Shown piece after piece: positions 24,001 through 39,000 of a stretch of DNA of 64,000 bases; positions within the stretch are counted from its first letter, which is position 1; every line of letters starts with the position of its first letter. A program made the translations under genes and the position numbers. This DNA is from Squalus acanthias (lineage: Eukaryota): assembly GCA_030390025.1 (NCBI GenBank), contig CM059432.1, positions 77,254,001 through 77,318,000 of the forward strand. Reading direction: 5' to 3'. Below the pieces are notes generated by a model. It was not told the origin of the DNA. It ran no database searches and was given only the letters and a program-made list of their open reading frames with translations.

Positions 24001-27000
24001 GACTGGTATAGTGGAGTTGGGTATCTGAGACTGGTATACAGGAATTGGGTATCTGAGACTCGTATAGTGGAGTGGGGTATCTGAGACTGGTGTAGTGAAG
24101 TGGGGTACCTGAGACTGGTAAATTCGAGTGGTGTTTCTGAGACTAGTATAGTGGAGTGGGGTATCTGAGACTAGTATTGTGGAGTGGGTATCTGAGACTG
24201 TATAGTGGAGTGGGGTATCTGAGACTAGTATAGTGGAGTGGGGTATCTGAGACTAGTATAGTGGAGTGGGGTATCTGAGACTAGTATAGAGGAGTGGGGT
24301 ATCTGAGACTAGTATAGTGGAGTGGGGTATCTGAGACTAGTATAGAGGAGTGGGGTATCTGAGACTAGTATAGTGGAGTGGGGTATCTGAGACTAGTATA
24401 GTGGAGTGGGGTATCTGAGACTAGTATAGTGGAGTGGGGTATCTGAGACTAGTATAGAGGAGTGGGGTATCTGAGACTAGTATAGAGGAGTGGGGTATCT
24501 GAGACTAGTATAGTGGAGTGGGGTATCTGAGACTAGTATAGTGGAGTGGGGTATCTGAGACTAGTATAGTGGAGTGGGGTATCTGAGACTAGTATAGTGG
24601 AGTGGGGTATCTGAGACTAGTATAGTGGAGTGGGGTATCTGAGACTAGTATAGTGGAGTGGGGTATCTGAGACTGGTATAGTGGAGTGGGGTATCTGAGA
24701 CTAGTATAGAGGAGTGGGGTATCTGAGACTAGTATAGTGGAGTGGGGTATCTGAGACTAGTATAGTGGAGTGGGGTATCTGAGACTGGTATAGAGGAGTG
24801 GGGTATCTGAGACTAGTATAGTGGAGTGGGGTATCTGAGACTGGTATAGTGGAGTGGGGTATCTGAGACTGGTATAGAGGAGTGGGGTATCTGAGACTGG
24901 TATAGTGGAGTGGGGTATCTGAGACTAGTATAGTGGAGTGGGGTATCTGAGACTAGTATAGAGGAGTGGGGTATCTGAGACTAGTATAGTGGAGTGGGGT
25001 ATCTGAGACTAGTATAGTGGAGTGGGTATCTGAGACTAGTATAGTGGAGTGGGGTATCTGAGACTAGTATAGTGGAGTGGGGTATCTGAGACTAGTATAG
25101 AGGAGTGGGGTATCTGAGACTGGTATAGTGGAGTGGGGTATCTGAGACTAGTATAGAGGAGTGGGGTATCTGAGACTAGTATAATGGAGTGGGGTATCTG
25201 AGACTGATATAGAGGAGTGGGGTATCTGAGACTAGCATAGTGGAGTGGGGCATCTGAGACTAGCATAGAGGAGTGGGGTATCTGAGACTACTATAGTGGA
25301 GTGGGGTAGCTGAGACTAGAATTGAGGAGTGGGGTATCTGAGACTGGTATAGTGGAGTGGGGTATCTGAGACTAGTATAGAGGAGTGGGGTTTCTTAGAC
25401 TAGTATAGTGGAGTGGGGTTTCTTAGACTAGCATAGTGGAGTGGGGTATCTGAGACTAGTTTCGAGGAGTGGGGTATCTGAGACTGGTATAGAGGAGTGG
25501 GGTATCTGAGACTGATACAGAGGAGTGGAGTATCTGAGACTATTATAGTGGAGTGCGGTATCTGAGACTAGCATAGTGGAGTGGGGCATCTGAGACTGGT
25601 ATAGTGGAGTGGGGATTCTGAGACTAGTATAGTGGAGTGGGATATCTGAGACTGGTATAGTGGAGTGGGGTATCTGAGACTAGTATAGAGGAGTGGGGTA
25701 TCTGAGACTAGTATAGTGGAGTGGGGTATCTGAGACTGGTATAGAGGAGTGGGGTATCTGAGACTAGTATAGTGGAGTGGGGTATCTGAGACTAGTATAG
25801 AGGAGTGGGGTATCTGAGACTAGTATAGAGGAGTGGGGTATCTGAGACTAGTATAGTGGAGTGGGGTATCTGAGACTAGTATAGAGGAGTGGGGTATCTG
25901 AGACTGGTATAGTGGAGTGGGGTATCTGAGACAGGTATAGTGGAGTGGGTATCTGAGACTGGTATAGAGGAGTGGGGTATCTGAGACTAGTATAGTGGAG
26001 TGGGGTATCTGAGACTTGTATAGAGGAGTGGGGTATCTGAGACTAGTATAGTGGAGTGGGTATCTGAGACTAGTATAGAGGAGTGGGGTATCTGAGACTA
26101 GTATAGTGGAGTGGGGTATCTGAGACTAGTATAGAGGAGTGGGGTATCTGAGACTAGTATAGTGGAGTGGGGTATCTGAGACTGATATAGAGGAGTGGGG
26201 TATCTGAGACTAGTATAGTGGAGTGGGGTATCTGAGACTAGAATAGAGGAGTGGGGTATCTGAGACTGGTATAGTGGAGTGGGGTATCTGAGACTGGTAT
26301 AGTGGAGTGGGGTATCTGAGACTAGTATAGAGGAGTGGGGTATCTGAGACTGGTATAGAGGAGTGGGGTATCTGAGACTGTATAGAGGAGTGGGGTATCT
26401 GAGACTGGTATAGTGGAGTGGGGTATCTGAGACAGGTATAGTGGAGTGGGGTATCTGAGACTGGTATAGAGGAGTGGGGTATCTGAGACTAGTATAGTGG
26501 AGTGGGGTATCTGAGACTTGTATAGAGGAGTGGGGTATCTGAGACTAGTATAGTGGAGTGGGTATCTGAGACTAGAATAGTGGAGTGGGGTATCTGAGAC
26601 TGGTATAGTGGAGTGGGGTATCTGAGACTAGTATAGTGGAGTGGGGTATCTGAGACTAGTATAGAGGAGTGGGGTATCTGAGACTAGTATAGTGGAGTGG
26701 GGTATCTGAGACTAGTATAGAGGAGTGGGGTATCTGAGACTAGTATAGTGGAGTGGGGTATCTGAGACTAGTATAGAGGAGTGGGGTATCTGAGACTGGT
26801 ATAGTGGAGTGGGGTATCTGAGACTGTATAGTGGAGTGGGGTATCTGAGACTAGTATAGAGGAGTGGGGTATCTGAGACTAGTATAGTGGAGTGGGGTAT
26901 CTGAGACTGGTATAGAGGAGTGGGTATCTGAGACTAGTATAGTGGAGTGGGGTATCTGAGACTAGTATAGTGGAGTGGGGTATCTGAGACTAGTATAGTG

Positions 27001-30000
27001 GAGTGGGGTATCTGAGACTAGTATAGAGGAGTGGGGTATCTGAGACTAGTATAGTGGAGTGGGTATCTGAGACTGGTATAGTGGAGTGGGTATCTGAGAC
27101 TAGTATAGTGGAGTGGGGTATCTGAGACTAGTATAGTGGAGTGGGGTATCTGAGACTAGTATAGAGGAGTGGGGTATCTGAGACTAGTATAGTGGAGTGG
27201 GGTATCTGAGACTAGTATAGAGGAGTGGGGTATCTGAGACTAGTATAGTGGAGTGGGGTATCTGAGACTAGTATAGTGGAGTGGGGTATCTGAGACTAGT
27301 ATAGTGGAGTGGGGTATCTGAGACTAGTATAGAGGAGTGGGGTATCTGAGACTAGTATAGAGGAGTGGGGTATCTGAGACTAGTATAGTGGAGTGGGGTA
27401 TCTGAGACTAGTATAGTGGAGTGGGGTATCTGAGACTAGTATAGTGGAGTGGGGTATCTGAGACTAGTATAGTGGAGTGGGGTATCTGAGACTAGTATAG
27501 TGGAGTGGGGTATCTGAGACTAGTATAGTGGAGTGGCGTATCTGAGACTGGTATAGTGGAGTGGGGTATCTGAGACTGTATAGAGGAGTGGGGTATCTGA
27601 GACTAGTATAGTGGAGTGGGGTATCTGAGACTAGTATAGTGGAGTGGGGTATCTGAGACTGGTATAGAGGAGTGGGGTATCTGAGACTGGTATAGTGGAG
27701 TGGGGTGTCTGATACAGGTATAGTGGAGTGGGGTATCTGAGACTGGTATAGAGGAGTGGGGTATCTGAGACAGGTATAGTGGAGTGGGGTATCTGAGACA
27801 GGTATAGTGGAGTGGGGTATCTGAGACTGGTATAGAGGAGTGGGGTATCTGAGACTAAAATAGTGGAGTGGGGTATCTGAGACTTGGATAGAGGAGTGGG
27901 GTATCTGAGACTAAAATAGTGTAGTGGGGTTTCTGAGACTAGTTTAGTGGAGTGGGGTATCTGAGACTAGTTTCCAGGAGTGGGGTATCTGAGACTGGTA
28001 TAGTGGAGTGGGATATCTGAGACTAGTATAGAGGAGTGGGGTATCTGAGACTAGTATAATGGAGTGGGGTATCTGAGACTAGTATAGAGGAGTGGGGTAT
28101 CTGAGACTAGCATAGTGGAGTGGGGCATCTGAGACTAGCATAGAGGAGTGGGGTATCTGAGACTACTATAGTGGAGTGGGGTAGCTGAGACTAGAATTGA
28201 GGAGTGGGGTATCTGAGACTGGTATAGTGGAGTGGGGTATCTGAGACTAGTATAGAGGAGTGGGGTTTCTTAGACTAGTATAGTGGAGTGGGGTTTCTTA
28301 GACTAGCATAGTGGAGTGGGGTATCTGAGACTAGTTTCGAGGAGTGGGGTATCTGAGACTGGTATAGAGGAGTGGGGTATCTGAGACTGATACAGAGGAG
28401 TGGAGTATCTGAGACTAGTATAGTGGAGTGCGGTATCTGAGACTAGCATAGTGGAGTGGGGCATCTGAGACTGGTATAGTGGAGTGGGGATTCTGAGACT
28501 AGTATAGTGGAGTGGGATATCTGAGACTGGTATAGTGGAGTGGGGTATCTGAGACTAGTGTAGAGGAGTGGGGTATCTGAGACTAGTATAGTGGAGTGGG
28601 GTTTCTGAGACTGATATAGAGGAGTGGGGTGTCTGAGACTGGTATAGTGGAGTGGGGTATCTGAGACTAGTATAGAGGAGTGGGGTATCTGAGACTAGTA
28701 TAGAGGAGTGGGGTATCTGAGACTAGTATAGTGGAGTGGGGTATCTGAGACTAGTATAGAGGAGTGGGTATCTGAGACTAGTATAGTGGAGTGGGGTATC
28801 TGAGACTAGTATAGAGGAGTGGGTATCTGAGACTAGTATAGAGGAGTGGGGTATCTGAGACTAGTATAGAGGAGTGGGGTATCTGAGACTAGTATAGAGG
28901 AGTGGGGTATCTGAGACTGGTATAGTGGAGTGGGGTATCTGAGACTAGTATAGTGGAGTGGGGTATCTGAGACTAGTATAGAGGAGTGCGGTATCTGAGA
29001 CTAGTATAGTGGAGTGGGGTATCTGAGACTGGTATAGTGGAGTGGGGTATCTGAGACTAGTATAGAGGAGTGGGGTATCTGAGACTAGTATAGTGGAGTG
29101 GGGTATCTGAGACTGATATAGAGGAGTGGGGTATCTGAGACTAGTATAGTGGAGTGGGGTATCTGAGACTAGTATAGAGGAGTGGGGTATCTGAGACTAG
29201 TATAGTGGAGTGGGGTATCTGAGACTAGTATAGTGGAGTGGGGTATCTGAGACTAGTATAGTGGAGTGGGGTATCTGAGACTAGTATAGAGGAGTGGGGT
29301 ATCTGAGACTAGTATAGTGGAGTGGGGTATCTGAGACTAGTATAGTGGAGTGGGGTATCTGAGACTAGTATAGAGGAGTGGGGTATCTGAGACTGGTATA
29401 GAGGAGTGGGGTATCTGAGACTAGTATAGAGGAGTGGGGTATCTGAGACTAGTATAGTGGAGTGGGTATCTGAGACTAGTATAGTGGAGTGGGGTATCTG
29501 AGACTGGTATAGTGGAGTGGGGTATCTGAGACTAGTATAGTGGAGTGGGGTATCTGAGACTGGTATAGTGGAGTGGGGTATCTGAGACTAGTATAGTGGA
29601 GTGGGGTATCTGAGACTAGTATAGTGGAGTGGGGTATCTGAGACTGGTATAGAGGAGTGGGGTATCTGAGACTGGTATAGTGGAGTGGGGTATCTGAGAC
29701 TAGAATAGAGGAGTGGGGTATCTGAGACTAGTACAGTGCAGTGGGGTATCTGTGACGAGTATAGTGGGGTGGGGTATCTGAGACTAGTATAGAGGAGTGG
29801 GTTATCTGAGACGAGTATTTTGGAGTGGGGTATCTGAGACTAGTATAGAGGAGTGGGTTATCTGAGACTAGTATAGAGGAGTGGGGTATCTGAGACTAGT
29901 ATAGAGGAGTGGGGTATCTGAGACTAGTATAGAGGAGTGGGGTATCTGAGACTAGTATAGAGGAGTGGGGTATCTGAGACTAGTATAGAGGAGTGGGGTA

Positions 30001-33000
30001 TCTGAGACTGGTATAATGGAGTGGGGTATCTGAGACTAGTATAGTGGAGTGGGGTATCTGAGACTTGTATAGAGGAGTGCGGTATCTGAGACTAGTATAG
30101 TGGAGTGGGGTATCTGAGACTAGTTTAGTGGAGTGGGGTATCTGAGACTAGTATAGTGGAGTGGGGTATCTGAGACTAGTTTCCAGGAGTGGGGTATCTG
30201 AGACTGGTATAGTGGAGTGGGATATCTGAGACTAGCATAGTGGAGTGGGGCATCTGAGACTAGCATAGAGGAGTGGGGTATCTGAGACTACTATAGTGGA
30301 GTGGGGTAGCTGAGACTAGAATTGAGGAGTGAGGTATCTGAGACTGGTATAGTGGAGTGGGGTATCTGAGACTAGTATAGAGGAGTGGGGTTTCTTAGAC
30401 TAGTATAGTGGAGTGGGGGTTCTTAGACTAGCATAGTGGAGTGGGGTATCTGAGACTAGTTTCGAGGAGTGGGGTATCTGAGACTGGTATAGAGGAGTGG
30501 GGTATCTGAGACTGATACAGAGGAGTGGAGTATCTGAGACTAGTATAGTGGAGTGCGGTATCTGAGACTAGCATAGTGGAGTGGGGCATCTGAGACTGGT
30601 ATAGTGGAGTGGGGATTCTGAGACTAGTATAGTGGAGTGGGATATCTGAGACTGGTATAGAGGAGTGGGTATCTGAGACTAGTATAGTGGAGTGGGTATC
30701 TGAGACTAGTATAGTGGAGTGGGGTATCTGAGACTAGTATAGAGGAGTGGGGTATCTGAGACTGGTATAGTGGAGTGGGGTATCTGAGACTAGTATAGAG
30801 GAGTGGGGTATCTGAGACTAGTATAGTGGAGTGGGGTATCTGAGACTAGTATAGTGGAGTGGGGTATCTGAGACTAGTATAGAGGAGTGGGGTATCTGAG
30901 ACTAGTATAGTGGAGTGGGGTATCTGAGACTAGTATAGAGGAGTGGGTATCTGAGACTAGTATAGTGGAGTGGGGTATCTGAGACTAGTATAGAGGAGTG
31001 GGGTATCTGAGACTAGTATAGAGGAGTGGGGTATCTGAGACTGTATAGTGGAGTGGGGTATCTGAGACTAGTATAGTGGAGTGGGGTATCTGAGACTAGT
31101 ATAGAGGAGTGGGGTATCTGAGACTAGTATAGTGGAGTGGGGTATCTGAGACTAGTATAGTGGAGTGGGGTATCTGAGACTAGTATAGTGGAGTGGGTAT
31201 CTGAGACTAGTATAGAGGAGTGGGGTATCTGAGACTAGTATAGAGGAGTGGGGTATCTGAGACTAGTATAGTGGAGTGGGGTATCTGAGACTAGTATAGT
31301 GGAGTGGGGTATCTGAGACTGGTATAGAGGAGTGGGGTATCTGAGACTAGTATAGTGGAGTGGGGTATCTGAGACTAGTATAGTGGAGTGCGGTATCTGA
31401 GACTGGTATAGAGGAGTGGGGTATCTGAGACTAGTATAGAGGAGTGGGGTATCTGAGACTAGTATAGTGGAGTGGGGTATCTGAGACTAGTATAGTGGAG
31501 TGGGGTATCTGAGACTAGTATAGTGGAGTGGGGTATCTGAGACTAGTATAGTGGAGTGGCGTATCTGAGACTGGTATAGTGGAGTGGGGTATCTGAGACT
31601 GATATAGAGAAGTGGGGTTTCTGAGACTAGTATAGTGGAGTGGGGTATCTGAGACAGGTATAGTGGAGTGGGGTATCTGAGACTGGTATAGAGGAGTGGG
31701 GTATCTGAGACTGGTATAGTGGAGTGGGGTATCTGAGACTAGGTATAGTGGAGTGGGGTATCTGAGACTGGTATAGAGGAGTGGGGTATCTGAGACAGGT
31801 ATAGTGGAGTGGGGTATCTGAGACAGGTATAGTGGAGTGGGGTATCTGAGACTGGTATAGAGGAGTGGGGTATCTGAGACTAGTATAGTGGAGTGGGGTA
31901 TCTGAGACTTGTATAGAGGAGTGGGGTATCTGAGACTAGTATAGTGGAGTGGGGTATCTGAGACTAGTATAGTGGAGTGGGGTATCTGAGACTAGTATAG
32001 AGGAGTGGGGTATCTGAGACTGGTATAGTGGAGTGGGGTATCTGAGACTAGTATAGAGGAGTGGGGTATCTGAGACTAGTATAGTGGAGTGGGGTATCTG
32101 AGACTGTATAGAGGAGTGGGGTATCTGAGACTAGTATAGTGGAGTGGGGTATCTGAGACTAGTATAGAGGAGTGGGGTATCTGAGACTAGTATAGTGGAG
32201 TGGGGTATCTGAGACTAGTATAGTGGAGTGGGGTATCTGAGACTGGTATAGTGGAGTGGGGTATCTGAGACTAGTATAGAGGAGTGGGGTATCTGAGACT
32301 AGTATAGTGGAGTGGGGTATCTGAGACTAGCATAGTGGAGTGGGGTATCTGAGACTAGTATAGTGGAGTGGGGTATCTGAGACTGGTATAGAGGAGTGGG
32401 GTATCTGAGACTGATACAGAGGAGTGGAGTATCTGAGACTAGTATAGTGGAGTGGGTATCTGAGACTAGATAGTGGAGTGGGGTATCTGAGACTGGTATA
32501 GTGGAGTGGGGTATCTGAGACTAGTATAGTGGAGTGGGTATCTGAGACTGGTATAGTGGAGTGGGGTATCTGAGACTAGTGTAGAGGAGTGGGGTATCTG
32601 AGACTAGTATAGTGGAGTGGGGTATCTGAGACTAGTATAGAGGAGTGGGGTATCTGAGACTGTATAGTGGAGTGGGGTATCTGAGACTAGAATAGAGGAG
32701 TGGGGTAGCTGAGACTAGTACAGAGGAGTGGGGTATCTGTGACGAGTATAGAGGAGTGGGGTATCTGAGACTAGTATAGAGGAGTGGGTTATCTGAGACG
32801 AGTATTGTGGAGTGGGGTATCTGAGACTAGTATAGAGGAGTGGGTATCTGAGACTAGTATAGAGGAGTGGGGTATCTGAGACTAGTATAGAGGAGTGGGG
32901 TATCTGAGACTAGTATAGAGGAGTGGGGTATCTGAGACTGGTATAGTGGAGTGGGGTATCTGAGACTAGTATAGTGGAGTGGGGTATCTGAGACTAGTAT

Positions 33001-36000
33001 AGAGGAGTGCGGTATCTGAGACTAGTATAGTGGAGTGGGGTATCTGAGACTGGTATAGTGGAGTGGGATATCTGAGACTAGTATAGAGGAGTGGGGTATC
33101 TGAGACTAGTATAATGGAGTGGGGTATCTGAGACTGATATAGAGGAGTGGGGTATCTGAGACTAGTATAGTGGAGTGGGGCATCTGAGACTAGCATAGAG
33201 GAGTGGGGTATCTGAGACTACTATAGTGGAGTGGGGTAGCTGAGACTAGAATTGAGGAGTGAGGTATCTGAGACTGGTATAGTGGAGTGGGGTATCTGAG
33301 ACTAGTATAGAGGAGTGGGGTTTCTTAGACTAGTATAGTGGAGTGGGGTTTCTTAGACTAGCATAGTGGAGTGGGGTATCTGAGACTAGTATCGAGGAGT
33401 GGGGTATCTGAGACTGGTATAGAGGAGTGGGGTATCTGAGACTAGTACAGAGGAGTGGAGTATCTGAGACTAGTATAGTGGAGTGCGGTATCTGAGACTA
33501 GCATAGTGGAGTGGGGCATCTGAGACTGGTATAGTGGAGTGGGGATTCTGAGACTAGTATAGTGGAGTGGGATATCTGAGACTGGTATAGTGGAGTGGGG
33601 TATCTGAGACTAGTGTAGAGGAGTGGGGTATCTGAGACTAGTATAGTGGAGTGGGGTTTCTGAGACTGATATAGAGGAGTGGGGTGTCTGAGACTGGTAT
33701 AGTGGAGTGGGGTAGCTGAGACTAGAATAGAGGAGTGGGGTAGCTGAGACTAGTACAGTGGAGTGGGGTATCTGTGACGAGTATAGTGGGGTGGGGTATC
33801 TGAGACTAGTATAGAGGAGTGGGTTATCTGAGACGAGTATAGTGGAGTGGGGTATCTGAGACTAGTATAGAGGAGTGGGTATCTGAGACTAGTATAGAGG
33901 AGTGGGGTATCTGAGACTAGTATAGAGGAGTGGGGTATCTGAGACTAGTATAGAGGAGTGGGGTATCTGAGACTGGTATAATGGAGTGGGGTATCTGAGA
34001 CTAGTATAGTGGAGTGGGGTATCTTTGACTTGTATAGAGGAGTGCGGTATCTGAGACTAGTATAGTGGAGTGGGGTATCTGAGACTAGTTTAGTGGAGTG
34101 GGGTTTCTGAGACTAGTTTAGTGGAGTGGGGTATCTGAGACTAGTTTCCAGGAGTGGGGTATCTGAGACTGGTATAGTGGAGTGGGATATCTGAGACTAG
34201 TATAGAGGAGTGGGGTATCTGAGACTAGTATAGTGGAGTGGGGTATCTGAGACTGATATAGAGGAGTGAGGTATCTGAGACTAGCATAGTGGAGTGGGGT
34301 ATCTGAGACTAGCATAGAGGAGTGGGGTATCTGAGACTACTATAGTGGAGTGGGGTAGCTGAGACTAGAATTGAGGAGTGGGGTATCTGAGACTGGTATA
34401 GTGGAGTGGGGTATCTGAGACTAGTATAGAGGAGTGGGGTATCTGAGACTAGTATAGTGGAGTGGGGTTTCTTAGACTAGCTATAGTGGAGTGGGGTATC
34501 TGAGACTAGTTTCGAGGAGTGGGGTATCTGAGACTGGTATAGAGGAGTGGGGTATCTGAGACTGATATAGAGGAGTGGAGTATCTGAGACTAGTATAGTG
34601 GAGTGCGGTATCTGAGACTAGCATAGTGGAGTGGGGCATCTGAGACTGGTATAGTGGAGTGGGGTATCTGAGACTAGTATAGTGGAGTGGGGTATCTGAG
34701 ACTGGTATAGTGGAGTGGGGTATCTGAGACTAGTATAGAGGAGTGGGGTATCTGAGACTAGTATAGTGGAGTGGGGTATCTGAGACTAGTATAGAGGAGT
34801 GGGGTATCTGAGACTGGTATAGTGGAGTGGGGTATCTGAGACTAGTATAGAGGAGTGGGGTATCTGAGACTAGTATAGTGGAGTGGGTATCTGAGACGAG
34901 TATAGTGGAGTGGGGTATCTGAGACTAGTATAGAGGAGTGGGGTATCTGAGACTAGTATAGTGGAGTGGGGTATCTGAGACTAGTATAGAGGAGTGGGGT
35001 ATCTGAGACTAGTATAGAGGAGTGGGGTATCTGAGACTAGTATAGAGGAGTGGGGTATCTGAGACTAGTATAGAGGAGTGGGGTATCTGAGACTGGTATA
35101 GTGGAGTGGGGTATCTGAGACTAGTATAGTGGAGTGGGGTATCTGAGACTAGTATAGTGGAGTGGGGTATCTGAGACTAGTATAGTGGAGTGGGGTATCT
35201 GAGACTAGTATAGTGGAGTGGGGTATCTGAGACTAGTATAGTGGAGTGGGTTATCTGAGACTAGTATAGAGGAGTGGGGTATCTGAGACTAGTATAGAGG
35301 AGTGGGATATCTGAGACTAGTATAGTGGAGTGGGGTATCTGAGACTAGTATAGTGGAGTGGGGTATCTGAGATGGTATAGAGGAGTGGGGTATCTGAGAC
35401 TAGTATAGTGGAGTGGGGTATCTGAGACTAGTATAGTGGAGTGCGGTATCTGAGACTGGTATAGTGGAGTGGGGTATCTGAGACTGATATAGAGGAGTGG
35501 GTTTTCTGAGACTAGTATAGTGGAGTGGGGTATCTGAGACAGGTATAGTGGAGTGTGGTATCTGAGACTGGCATAGAGGAGTGGGGTATCTGAAACTGGT
35601 ATAGTGGAGTGGGGTATCTGAGACAGGTATAGTGGAGTGGGGTTTCTGAGACTGGTATAGAGGAGTGGGGTATCTGAGACTGGTATAGTGGAGTGGGGTA
35701 TCTGAGACAGGTATAGTGGAGTGGGGTATCTGAGACTAGTATAGAGGAGTGGGGTATCTGAGACTAGAATAGTGGAGTGGGGTATCTGAGACTTGTATAG
35801 AGGAGTGGGGTATCTGAGACTAAAATAGTGGAGTGAGGTTTCTGAGACTAGTATAGTGGAGTGGGGTATCTGAGACTGGTATCGTGGAGTGGGGTATCTG
35901 AGACTAGTATAGAGGAGTGGGGTATCTGAGACTAGTATAGTGGAGTGGGGTATCTGAGACTAGTATAGTGGAGTGGGGTATCTGAGACTAGTATAGTGGA

Positions 36001-39000
36001 GTGGGGTATCTGAGACTAGTATTGAGGAGTGGGGTATCTGAGACTGGTATAGTGGAGTGGGGTATCTGAGACTAGTATAGTGGAGTGGGGTATCTGAGAC
36101 TAGTATAGAGGAGTGGGGTATCTGAGACTGGTATAGTGGAGTGGGGTATCTGAGACTGGTATAGAGGAGTGGGGTATCTGAGACTCGTATAGTGGAGTGG
36201 GGTATCTGAGACTGGTATAGTGAGTGGGGTATCTGAGACTGGTATAGTGGAGTGGGGTATCTGAGACTAGTATAGTGGAGTGGGGTATCTGAGACTGGTA
36301 AAGTGGAGTGGGGTATCTGAGACTAGTATAGTGGAGTGGGGTATCTGAGACTAGTATAGTGGAGTGGGGTATCTGAGACTAGTATAGTGGAGTGGGGTAT
36401 CTGAGACTAGTATAGAGGAGTGGGGTATCTGAGACTAGTATAGTGGAGTGGGGTATCTGAGACTAGTATAGAGGAGTGGGGTATCTGAGACTAGTATAGT
36501 GGAGTGGGGTATCTGAGACTAGTATAGTGGAGTGGGGTATCTGAGACTAGTATAGTGGAGTGGGGTATCTGAGACTAGTATAGAGGAGTGGGGTATCTGA
36601 GACTAGTATAGAGGAGTGGGGTATCTGAGACTAGTATAGTGGAGTGGGGTATCTGAGACTAGTATAGTGGAGTGGGGTATCTGAGACTAGTATAGTGGAG
36701 TGGGGTATCTGAGACTAGTATAGTGGAGTGGCGTATCTGAGACTAGTATAGTGGAGTGGGGTATCTGAGACTAGTATAGAGGAGTGGGGTATCTGAGACT
36801 AGTATAGTGGAGTGGGGTATCTGAGACTAGTATAGTGGAGTGGGGTATCTGAGACTGGTATAGAGGAGTGGGGTATCTGAGACTGGTATAGTGGAGTGGG
36901 GTATCTGAGACAGGTATAGTGGAGTGGGGTATCTGAGACTAGTATAGAGGAGTGGGGTATCTGAGACTGTATAGTGGAGTGGGGTATCTGAGACAGTATA
37001 GTGGAGTGGGGTATCTGAGACTGGTATAGTGGAGTGGGGTATCTGAGACTAGTATAGTGGAGTGGGGTATCTGAGACTTGTATAGAGGAGTGGGGTATCT
37101 GAGACTAGTATAGTGGAGTGGGGTATCTGAGACTAGTATAGTGGAGTGGGGTATCTGAGACTAGTATAGAGGAGTGGGGTATCTGAGACTGGTATAGTGG
37201 AGTGGGGTATCTGAGACTAGTATAGAGGAGTGGGGTATCTGAGACTCGTATAATGGAGTGGGGTATCTGAGACTGATATAGAGGAGTGGGGTATCTGAGA
37301 CTAGCATAGTGGAGTGGGGCATCTGAGACTAGCATAGAGGAGTGGGGTATCTGAGACTACTGTAGTGGAGTGGGGTAGCTGAGACTAGAATTGAGGAGTG
37401 GGGTATCTGAGACTGGTATAGTGGAGTGGGGTATCTGAGACTAGTATAGAGGAGTGGGGTTTCTTAGACTAGTATAGTGGAGTGGGGTTTCTTAGACTAG
37501 CATAGTGGAGTGGGGTATCTGAGACGAGTTTCAAGGAGTGGGGTATCTGAGACTGGTATAGAGGAGTGGGGTATCTGAGACTGATATAGAGGAGTGGAGT
37601 ATCTGAGACTAGTATAGTGGAGTGCGGTATCTGAGACTAGCATAGTGGAGTGGGGCATCTGAGACTGGTATAGTGGAGTGGGGTATCTGAGACTAGTGTA
37701 GAGGAGTGGGGTATCTGAGACTAGTATAGTGGAGTGGGGTTTCTGAGACTGATATAGAGGAGTGGGGTGTCTGAGACTTGTATAGTGGAGTGGGGTAGCT
37801 GAGACTAGAATAGAGGAGTGGGGTAGCTGAGACTAGTACAGTGGAGTGGGGTATCTGTGACGAGTATCGTGGGGTGGGGTATCTGAGACTAGTATAGAGG
37901 AGTGGGTTATCTGAGACGAGTATTTTGGAGTGGGGTATCTGAGACTAGTATAGAGGAGTGGGTTATCTGAGACTAGTATAGAGGAGTGGGGTATCTGAGA
38001 CTAGTATAGAGGAGTGGGGTATCTGAGACTAGTATAGAGGAGTGGGGTATCTGAGACTGGTATAATGGAGTGGGGTATCTGAGACTAGTATAGTGGAGTG
38101 GGGTATCTTTGACTAGTATAGTGGAGTGGGTTAACTGAGACTAGTATAGTGGAGTGGGGTATCTGAGACTAGTATAGTGGAGTGGGGTATCTGAGACTAG
38201 TATAGTGGAGTGGGGTATCTGAGACTAGTATAGTGGAGTGGGGTATCTGAGACTAGTATAGAGGAGTGGGGTATCTGAGACTAGTATAGTGGAGTGGGGT
38301 ATCTGAGACTAGTATAGAGGAGTGGGGTATCTGAGACTAGTATAGAGGAGTGGGGTATCTGAGACTAGTATAGTGGAGTGGGGTATCTGAGACTAGTATA
38401 GTGGAGTGGGGTATCTGAGACTAGTATAGTGGAGTGGGGTATCTGAGACTAGTATAGAGGAGTGGGGTATCTGAGACTAGTATAGTGGAGTGGGGTATCT
38501 GAGACTAGTATAGTGGAGTGGGGTATCTGAGACTAGTATAGTGGAGTGGGGTATCTGAGACTGATATAGAGGAGTGGGGTATCTGAGACTAGTATAGTGG
38601 AGTGGGGTATCTGAGACTAGTATAGTGGAGTGGGGTATCTGAGACTGGTATAGAGGAGTGGGGTATCTGAGACTAGTATAGTGGAGTGGGGTATCTGAGA
38701 CAGGTATAGTGGAGTGGGCTATCTGAGACTGGTATAGAGGAGTGGGCTATCTGAGACTGGTATAGTGGAGTGGGGTATCTGAGACAGGTATAGTGGAGTG
38801 GGGTATCTGAGACTGGTATAGAGTAGTGGGGTATCTGAGACTAAAATAGTGGAGTGGAGTATCTGAGGCTTGGATAGAGGAGTGGGGTATCTGAGACTAA
38901 AATAGTGGAGTGAGGTTTCTGAGACTTGTTTAGTGGAGTGGGGTATCTGAGACTAGTGTAGAGGAGTGGGGTATCTGAGACTAGTATAGTGGAGTGGGGT